A stretch of DNA of 64,000 nucleotides, taken from NCBI GenBank assembly GCA_965220745.1, contig CBDCQT010000010.1, positions 416,001-480,000 on the forward strand, read 5' to 3'. Positions 57,926 through 64,000 of the stretch are shown piece after piece. The stretch comes from Alphaproteobacteria bacterium. Lineage in GTDB: Bacteria; Pseudomonadota; Alphaproteobacteria; UBA828. Both the position numbers and the translations under genes were made by a program. Positions within the stretch are counted from its first letter, which is position 1, and the number at the start of each line of letters is the position of its first letter. Under the pieces are notes generated by a model. The model did not search any database. It saw nothing but the letters and a program-made list of their open reading frames with translations, and had not been told where the DNA came from.

Positions 57926-58501
57926 GTGAGTGCCGCGCCGCGGGCCGAGCGCCAGCGCGATCACTTCGTCGGCTGGCAGTGCCGCATACGCGCCGATGCC
58001 ATGCGCCGCCGCGACGGTCAGCCGTCGCCGGGGATACGGCCACAGGTGCTGAGCGCGGCAGGCGAAGAGCTTGCGCCGGCGGTGATCACGCTGCTCGTGC
58101 GGCGGGAGGCGGAGTCCTTCGCGCCCGAGTTCCGCCACCTGGCGCGGCGCACTCACGACCCGCGCGATCGGCGCGACGCCGCACTGGCCCTGCTGGCCGA
58201 GCGCTACTACCAACACGCGCGGGACTTCAGCGATGTGTTGACGGCGACCTTCGCGCCCGCTTCACCGCTTGCCGCCAACCTTGAGCGTGCTGGGCGCTGC
58301 GTCCTGGCCTTCGCCCAGGACAGCCAGCGCTACACGCTGCCCTGCACCGTCCAGAGGCTCGGGCGCGACGACCCGCGCCGCGACGAGACCTGGTGGCACA
58401 ACGCGCTGTTCAACCCGCAGCTCCCGCCCGACATTCCCATCCTCGCCTTCGCCCCCCGCTGGCTGGAGGCAATCGCCGATCCCGACCCGGACAGACGGTA
58501 G
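57926..58501 (+). CDS. Hypothetical protein
   Basis: 191-aa ORF with host-like codon usage and GAGG upstream; motifs FVGWQCRIR and WWHNALFNP. Confidence 0.65.
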   Translation: MSAAPRAERQRDHFVGWQCRIRADAMRRRDGQPSPGIRPQVLSAAGEELAPAVITLLVRREAESFAPEFRHLARRTHDPRDRRDAALALLAERYYQHARDFSDVLTATFAPASPLAANLERAGRCVLAFAQDSQRYTLPCTVQRLGRDDPRRDETWWHNALFNPQLPPDIPILAFAPRWLEAIADPDPDRR

Positions 58502-58734
58502 CACCCTAAAACTTCCGATACGCCCCGTTGAGGTCGGCCATCGGGCGACGGGGCGACATCTGGAACACCGCCGGAAGCTCGCGTTCAAACCCGCAGAAGG
58601 ACCGTGTGAGGTTCCAAAACCCGCGCGGGTTTTGCCGAGAGGCGCACGTTATCACTTTCACATGCAGGTTCAGCAGGCTTGCATACCATTGTTGATGCAA
58701 ACTATGCCCTTTTTGTCGAAATCGTGATTTAGAA

Positions 58735-59042
58735 AACTTGATTTCGGCAAGAACACGCCGTACGACTTGGCTCCTCATTGAGTCGTTTTCGACTTTAGGT
58801 TTCCCGCCTTTCCCCAGCAGGAGCCCTCGCAATGAGCACAGCGACATGGAAAACCAGGATTTCCTTAACTCTCGTGGCTGGCCTGTTCGCGCTGGCCGGC
58901 GTCTTATCCAACGGGCTCCCCGCCTCGGCGCAGACGCAGGAGGATTGTCCACTCCCTGCCGGCGTGACTGCTCCTGCGGACCCGACTGTGACGGCGCAAC
59001 AGGTAACAAACGGCAGCGCTACTTTGATGGACTTCGCGCTCG
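58735..59042 (+). repeat. Direct repeat, copy 1: leader plus 5' end of the autotransporter gene
   Basis: Homologous to ~61632-61933; includes a 38-nt identical block at 58754-58791 and 61651-61688. Confidence 0.9.
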
Positions 59043-61426
59043 CCGTGAGAGAGCGGTCCAGAGAGCATTCCCAACAGGCCACGGCCGTCGAAGAGGGGCT
59101 CTATATCGGATGTGCAATTAGGCAGGACGATGGGATCTGGCGTTCCGGCAATACCTACATTGTCACCCTGACGCTCGACGGTCGCGTGTTCGTTCACGCG
59201 AAGGACATGTCGTTGTCGGGCCGACTGCTCAACCGGCTGATTTATGCAGAAATCCTCTCTGCGCTAGGCGTCCCCCCGACCGATCTGGCCAACTTGGGTT
59301 CTCCCGATCCTGTTACGGCCGGCCTCGCTTTCCAAGCCATCTTGGCCAGGCTTTCTCAAGAACCGGATGCTCCGTTCGATGCGACCACCCCTATTCCGGG
59401 CGTGAGTCCAGGCATACCCGGCGCTTCCGGCTACGCCGCCGTCTATAATTCACCGGAATTGGGGTCTCCAATCGTGCTGCTTGCGGGATTCGATATCAAC
59501 GCATCTCACTTGATTGATGAAGCAATCGTTCACGAAAATCCGACCGTTACCGCCAGGGACGTGGTGGACCGCGAAACTCTGAAGGCCTTCGTCACGGCAG
59601 CGGGAAATTACTTTCTTGAGATCCTGAGAACTGGCAATCCAACCGCTGCCGCGAAAGCCAAGATCGCCTTGCGAGATCCGAACGGCCCCTGGCGGCACGG
59701 TTCCGTCTACCTCTACGTGGTGGACCGTACCAGCAACATAATCTCGTTCCACGGCGCGTTTCCGGAGAGATTCGAGCTTCAACGACCAGGGTTCGCCCGA
59801 GACGTCGTTACCGGTGAGCTCATCCTGGATCAGATCCTCGATGCGGCAGGTAGTGGCCCGGACGGTGGCTTCTGGCAGTACCACTTCGATGATCCCAGCG
59901 ACGACACGGACAGCGCCGACATCCCCAAGACAGGCTATGCCCGCGAATTCGCCGGCCAAATCCTGGGGCAGGACGGAAGCGTAATCCGAGAAGTGGACCT
60001 CATCGTAGGCTCGGGTCTTTACGGGACTGCACCCGAGGCGGTTGCCGAGGGCGGCAACGCGGTCATCGAGTCCGTGCTGCCGCAGGTGATGCGGGCCGTG
60101 GCGGCGAGCACCGTCAATGCCGTCTCGGGTCGCATCGAGCAGGCAATCTCCGGCATGTCGCAAGCCGCGGAGTTCAGCTTCGGCGGTGCCTCCACTCTCT
60201 CAGATGTCATCCTGGCGAACGGGCAAGCACTGGAGGACGGCACCTTCGACCTCAGCCGGCTGCTGGCGAACTCCGCCTTCACCCTGCCGCTCAATGCGGC
60301 GGATAACGGGAACGGCGGCCTGTTCGGAAACATGGCGCTCTGGGGAAGCGGCGACTATCGCAGCATCTCCGGCGGCAGCCCGCAGTCCGTCGGCTACGAC
60401 GGCAGCGTGATCAGCGCCAACCTCGGGGTTGACACAAGGCTGGGCGAGGACCTGCTGGCGGGAATGTCGCTGGGCCAGACGCGCGGCACCGTGGATTACA
60501 CGGACCCCAACGCGCAGACCGGCGAGTTCACGACCTCCGTGACCAGCGTCAACCCCTACGTGGGCTGGCAGATGCCGGGGGGCATGAACCTGTGGGCCAT
60601 GGCCGGCTTTGGCTCGGGCGAGATCGAGCTCGAAGACTCGGTGGGCACGCAGTCGAGCGACCTGACGCAGCGGATGGTGGCGGCGGGCGTGAGCGGGACG
60701 CTGATGTCCAGCGATGAGATGTTCGAGGGCGGCACTACAAACCTTCGGCTCAAGGGAGAGGCAGCCTTCACCTCGACCGATGTCGACGGCTCCGGGACCC
60801 TCGAGAGCACGTCGTTGAGTGCCAGCCGGCAGCGTCTGATGCTGGAAGGGGCGCACGTCCAGAAGCTCGCCTCGGGGTCGACATTCACGCCCTCGCTTGA
60901 GCTCGGCGTGCGCAACGACGGCGGGGACGGCGAGACCGGCACCAGCATCGAGGCCGGGGGCGCCTTGCGCTATGCCGACGAGGCGTCGGGGCTGACCGTC
61001 GAGGGCCGTGTCCGGACCCTGCTCAGCCACAGCGGCGACTACGAGGAGACAGGCGTGAGCGGTCTGGTGCGTCTTGCACCGGGCGGGTCGGGCCAGGGGC
61101 TCGCTCTCGTGGTGCAGCCGGCGTGGGGCCAGACGGGCAGCGGTGTAAACCAGTTGTGGGAGAATGGCGTCACTGCCGGAGTGTCACCGGACAGCCAGGC
61201 GCGCCTGCACACGGAGGTCGGCTACGGTCTCGGCGTGACGCCCGGCATGGGCGTGGTGACGCCCTATGCGGGGCTCGGGCTCGCGGGCGAAGGTGCGCAG
61301 TGGTGGCGCATGGGTGCGCGCTGGCGGCTTGCGCCAGCGGCGAGTGTGAGCGTCGAGGGCAGCCTGTACGAGGCCGCCAACGATGACGGACACGGGCTGA
61401 TGCTGCGCGGCGCCTTGCGCTGGTAA
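58832..61426 (+). CDS. Autotransporter with tandem Cache-like passenger domains
   Basis: Sec signal ending ASA-Q. Two repeated units starting PTVTA; unit 2 has LRDPNGPWRHGSVYLYVVD..FHGA..GGFWQYHFDDP..KTGY..IVGSGLY (single Cache-like). C-terminal amphipathic beta-barrel (LWGSGDY, NPYVGW, TPSLELGVR, TPY) ending in W. Confidence 0.8.
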   Translation: MSTATWKTRISLTLVAGLFALAGVLSNGLPASAQTQEDCPLPAGVTAPADPTVTAQQVTNGSATLMDFALAVRERSREHSQQATAVEEGLYIGCAIRQDDGIWRSGNTYIVTLTLDGRVFVHAKDMSLSGRLLNRLIYAEILSALGVPPTDLANLGSPDPVTAGLAFQAILARLSQEPDAPFDATTPIPGVSPGIPGASGYAAVYNSPELGSPIVLLAGFDINASHLIDEAIVHENPTVTARDVVDRETLKAFVTAAGNYFLEILRTGNPTAAAKAKIALRDPNGPWRHGSVYLYVVDRTSNIISFHGAFPERFELQRPGFARDVVTGELILDQILDAAGSGPDGGFWQYHFDDPSDDTDSADIPKTGYAREFAGQILGQDGSVIREVDLIVGSGLYGTAPEAVAEGGNAVIESVLPQVMRAVAASTVNAVSGRIEQAISGMSQAAEFSFGGASTLSDVILANGQALEDGTFDLSRLLANSAFTLPLNAADNGNGGLFGNMALWGSGDYRSISGGSPQSVGYDGSVISANLGVDTRLGEDLLAGMSLGQTRGTVDYTDPNAQTGEFTTSVTSVNPYVGWQMPGGMNLWAMAGFGSGEIELEDSVGTQSSDLTQRMVAAGVSGTLMSSDEMFEGGTTNLRLKGEAAFTSTDVDGSGTLESTSLSASRQRLMLEGAHVQKLASGSTFTPSLELGVRNDGGDGETGTSIEAGGALRYADEASGLTVEGRVRTLLSHSGDYEETGVSGLVRLAPGGSGQGLALVVQPAWGQTGSGVNQLWENGVTAGVSPDSQARLHTEVGYGLGVTPGMGVVTPYAGLGLAGEGAQWWRMGARWRLAPAASVSVEGSLYEAANDDGHGLMLRGALRW

Positions 61427-61437
61427 CGCATCAGGGT

Positions 61438-61469
61438 CGTAACCCGCGTCGCACAGGGTACGGGTTACG
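61438..61469 (+). terminator. Hairpin after the autotransporter stop codon
   Basis: CGTAACCCG...CGGGTTACG perfect 9-bp stem. Confidence 0.5.
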
Positions 61470-61729
61470 CCCGTGGCAAGCCAGCCCACAGAAGGGCCGT
61501 GAGAGAGTCCGAAACTCTCACTATCTTGGCCAAAGAACACACGTTATTGATATACATATGCAGCAAAAGTAACCCTCCATGTAACTTTTTGATGCGCGTT
61601 GTACCTTGCTTGCCCAATTCATGTCTTTTGCAACTTGATTTTGGCAAAGCCACGCCGTACGACTTGGCTCCTCATTGAGTCGTTTTCGGCTTTGGCTATC
61701 CCGCCTGCTGCCAGCACGAGGACCTCACG

Positions 61730-62020
61730 ATGAATACCGCGACATGGAAAACTAGGATTTCCCTAATTCTCGTGGCTGGCCTGTTCGCGCTGGCCGGCGT
61801 CTTATCCAACGGGCTCCCCGCCTCGGCGCAGGACGCTTGTCCACTCCCTGCCGGCGTGACTAAACCCGCCGACCCGCGAGTGACGGCGCAGCAGGTGGAG
61901 AACGGCACTGGCAGCCTGATGGACTTCGCGCTCAGCTCGCGCGATCGCTTCCGAGAGCAAGCCGTGCAGGCCACAACTCCGGGACAAACTCAATATTTCG
62001 GGTTTTATATACTTGCCTAA
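61730..62020 (+). pseudogene. Truncated paralog of the Cache-like autotransporter
   Basis: Near-identical signal peptide and CPLPAGVT..DP.VTAQQV.NG..LMDFAL. Homology ends at QYFG (~62000), followed by an unrelated AT-rich tract and a stop. Confidence 0.85.
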
Positions 62021-62066
62021 TCATTTCGTGTGCTGCATACTCTGGCTTCCTCCTAGGGAGCCGATC

Positions 62067-62315
62067 ATGGCCGACGATTTCAACGTGGTGACAAACCTCC
62101 GGATCGGGTTCTCGCGGGTCTACATGGACGACAAAGAACCCGTCATGAGCATTCGAATGGACCTGCGGGCCCATCACTCTTCCAGCCCCGGAGGCGCTTC
62201 CGCCCTTGCCGAAGCATCTCTACATCTTCCTGTGTCATTAGCCGAACGGCTCGGCCATCGTCTTCTGGAAGCTGTTCCTGAGGCCCACCGGAGGGCCGCG
62301 CAGAAGGATCACTGA
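62067..62315 (+). CDS. Hypothetical protein (82 aa)
   Basis: GGGAG SD before ATG 62067; MADDFNVVTNLRIGFSRVYM... Confidence 0.55.
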   Translation: MADDFNVVTNLRIGFSRVYMDDKEPVMSIRMDLRAHHSSSPGGASALAEASLHLPVSLAERLGHRLLEAVPEAHRRAAQKDH

Positions 62316-62397
62316 CAGGACGAAACAGCACCTGAGCGATCTCCTCCGGACTCGCATCAACCGGAGGCAACGCAACACTCCTTGTCCGCCGGGCCAT
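62143..62397 (-). CDS. Small hypothetical protein (MARRTRSVALPPVDASPEEIAQVLF...)
   Basis: GGGAGG SD and a consensus promoter directly upstream; 3' part overlaps the opposite-strand ORF. Confidence 0.5.
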   Translation of the reverse strand: MARRTRSVALPPVDASPEEIAQVLFRPVSDPSARPSGGPQEQLPEDDGRAVRLMTQEDVEMLRQGRKRLRGWKSDGPAGPFECS

Positions 62398-62430
62398 CAG
62401 AGCCTCCCAAGCCCTTGTTGTTCAGGCGTA

Positions 62431-62459
62431 ATTATAGCCATGTCAACTCTATTTGTCAA
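62431..62459 (-). promoter_or_regulatory. Perfect consensus sigma70 promoter
   Basis: Minus strand reads TTGACA-aatagagttgacatggc (17 nt)-TATAAT. Confidence 0.8.
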
Positions 62460-62710
62460 GCCTGTGATGGTGGGCAATGGAGACTAGGAGGGTGCACGGA
62501 CACTTCCGCCAATCGCTGTTGTCCCGATCCCGGCTATACGAAGCGTCCCGGCGACACGAACCGCCTTGGGAGACTTGACCGTCGAGGGGCTTTGCCAAAG
62601 CAACTCCCAAGGGGGGCGGGGACCAAATACCGCGTAGAGGGTCACGAGCCACGTTAGCGTCTCTCGCCTTCCCACTTTCCCGGTCCCTCCGCCCCGGCGG
62701 TTATGCGGCA

Positions 62711-62962
62711 TCACACCTCCTCCCGCGCCGGCCAAAGCCGCTTGTGGTGTAGCTGTGCAACCTCGCCCCGGAGTTCTGCCACATCCGTCTTGAGACCCGC
62801 CACGTCAGTCTTGACCTCGGCCACATCCGTCTTGAGCGCGTCGATGTCGGCCCTCAGCGGCGCAACGGCTTCGCGGGCAGCTTCGCCCGCTGCATCGCGC
62901 ACCATGTCGCGCAACGCCTCGGCGAACCGCTCCGCGCTCCCGTTCAGGTGCTCTCCGGCCAT
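62711..62962 (-). CDS. Small heptad-repeat coiled-coil protein
   Basis: AGGAGAGG SD; LKTDVAE-VKTDVAG-LKTDVAE encoded by 21-bp repeats at 62778-62836. Confidence 0.7.
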   Translation of the reverse strand: MAGEHLNGSAERFAEALRDMVRDAAGEAAREAVAPLRADIDALKTDVAEVKTDVAGLKTDVAELRGEVAQLHHKRLWPAREEV

Positions 62963-63017
62963 TGCCTCGCCCTCTCCTTAGAAACAGTCCGCAATGGAGC
63001 TTAGCAGTCTAATAGGG

Positions 63018-63046
63018 TTGACGACCCCGCCGCAACCCTTCACGCT
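63018..63046 (+). promoter_or_regulatory. Putative sigma70 promoter
   Basis: TTGACG-17 nt-CACGCT; the predicted start site (~63053) coincides with the first base of a long stem. Confidence 0.45.
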
Positions 63047-63052
63047 GCCTCC

Positions 63053-63204
63053 TGCAACTTCATCTGGGTCCCGCTCCGTCGGGTCGCCCGCTGAATATGA
63101 CAGCCTGATACCGGGCGTGGGGTAGCTCCCTACGCCAAGGCGAATAGGCGGGGCTCTCCATACCTGGATGAAGTTGCAACGGCCCGGCACCAGCTGGGCC
63201 GTTG
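63053..63204 (+). ncRNA. Candidate structured RNA (long closing stem plus cloverleaf, followed by a hairpin)
   Basis: TGCAACTTCATC (63053) pairs with GATGAAGTTGCA (to 63178); internal UCGCC/GGCGA stem encloses three hairpins; then CAACGGCCC/GGGCCGTTG. Confidence 0.45.
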
Positions 63205-63230
63205 ACCACGACCAGCCAGGAGGGAGCGAC

Positions 63231-63494
63231 ATGACTTCCGCAAGCCTAGCCGGTGCCAAGGTTTGGCACCGAGACGACCGCAGCCCACATTGGACCGAGA
63301 TCGAGGAGCCAGACGTTGAAGTGCGGGACCTTGAGACGCCCGGCAGGATGGCCTTCACCTTCACGCTGAAAGACTCTGACAACAAGGATACCGTCTTCCA
63401 GCTTTCGATGGGGCAGACCGACTTCCCCGAGGTATTTGACAAGATGCTTCGGGCCGCAGAGGAGAACGGTCGAGCCGGAGAGACGAGCCAGTGA
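63231..63494 (+). CDS. Hypothetical protein (87 aa)
   Basis: AGGAGGGAG SD before ATG 63231; acidic, beta-rich. Confidence 0.65.
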   Translation: MTSASLAGAKVWHRDDRSPHWTEIEEPDVEVRDLETPGRMAFTFTLKDSDNKDTVFQLSMGQTDFPEVFDKMLRAAEENGRAGETSQ

Positions 63495-64000
63495 GGACGG
63501 CTCGGTGCTTCTGGGTTTTGGTGGGCCTGGCGGTCATGCTCGCGGCATCGTCGGCCGGGGCTCAGCACGCACCGCCCATCTTTACGCCGGGCGATCCAGC
63601 GGGGTGCAAGACGTACCGGGAGCAACCCGTCCACCAATGCTCTGAGCCCTGGGTGAAGCTCATCCCTCCCCTGGGGAATCCCAACGACGATCTGGACGAC
63701 AGTCCCTACCTTCGCATTCTCGATGGGGGTGAGGAGGTCGCCGAGGTATGGCTGTGCAATGAGCCCTCAAACTGGAGCTCGGCCTTCAAGTGCTTCTCCA
63801 CCAACAAGCGCTGCGGCTGTCTGTCGCGTGGCATGGCAGAGGGCCACGGGGACGCCAACCTGCCGTTCCTCTGGAACTGGCGTGAGCCCGCCGACTACAC
63901 CGACGAGGTCATGGAACACGTGTTCCGGCCGTGCATGCGGTACGCGGTCGACCTGCTCGATGCTCGCGACGGTCACGGCCTGAGCGATGCGTCGAAGGAC
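63491..64000 (+). CDS. Secreted Cys-rich hypothetical protein, partial
   Basis: Not in the track because it runs off the edge. GTG overlaps the previous TGA. Translation MRTARCFWVLVGLAVMLAASSAGA-QHAPP...; 170 open codons with 7 Cys in the visible mature part. Confidence 0.65.
   Translation, partial: MRTARCFWVLVGLAVMLAASSAGAQHAPPIFTPGDPAGCKTYREQPVHQCSEPWVKLIPPLGNPNDDLDDSPYLRILDGGEEVAEVWLCNEPSNWSSAFKCFSTNKRCGCLSRGMAEGHGDANLPFLWNWREPADYTDEVMEHVFRPCMRYAVDLLDARDGHGLSDASKD

Larger units (their letters stand above)
62000..64000. mobile_element. End of a probable inserted element carrying small passenger ORFs; other end outside the window
   Basis: Abrupt junction GGGTTTTATATACTTGCC interrupts a gene; short unrelated ORFs and strong promoters follow; no transposase or integrase in the window. 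Confidence 0.5.

Noticed and set aside
58506-59009. 167-aa minus-strand ORF
   Set aside because: Overlaps the autotransporter start and its duplicated leader; no motifs.
62650-62710. GTTAGCG/GTTATGC as integron attC ends
   Set aside because: No matching RYYYAAC partner with L boxes, and no cassette-style co-orientation of ORFs.
63095-63150. Possible hammerhead ribozyme (CTGA...CGAA)
   Set aside because: The core reads CUGAUAC rather than CUGANGA, and GAAA is absent.
63767-63976. 69-aa minus-strand ORF in the track
   Set aside because: Antisense to the better-supported plus-strand secreted protein at 63491->64000.
1-64000. CRISPR array, rRNA or canonical tRNA genes
   Set aside because: No regularly spaced repeat-spacer series, rRNA signature, or tRNA with T-loop GTTCRA and acceptor stem was found by eye.

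Overview
High-GC alphaproteobacterial chromosome segment. The assignment is inferred from popZ-valS, olsBA, lpxI, coq7 and the TIGR02186/TauE/Usp/nfuA/trpS/murJ/glnD block. 1-21 kb: accessory catabolic genes (Zn-ADH, two LLM oxidoreductases, carbamoylase plus cyclic amidohydrolase, SDR, prpB, CoA-transferase, enoyl-CoA hydratase, core methionine synthase, enolase-family enzyme, ABC transporter), a hicAB toxin-antitoxin pair, and one complete plus one partial MITE-like element. 21-50 kb: core genes (metC, ilvD, valS, popZ, fur, olsBA, tsaB, nfuA, trpS, murJ, glnD, rseP-bamA-skp-lpxD-fabZ-lpxA-lpxI-lpxB), with a three-gene cell-wall cluster between tsaB and nfuA. 50-64 kb: an AT-rich Schlafen/AlbA_2 gene (candidate anti-phage nuclease), a double cold-shock protein, and a transaminase/racemase/GGT/amidase cluster. 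Next comes an autotransporter whose passenger looks like two tandem Cache ligand-binding domains. A paralogous copy follows and is cut at ~62000 by an apparent insertion carrying small ORFs, a perfect sigma70 promoter and a candidate cloverleaf ncRNA. Two genes appear to start at ACG. No rRNA, tRNA or CRISPR array was seen. All family calls come from motif recognition by eye; no database searches were run.
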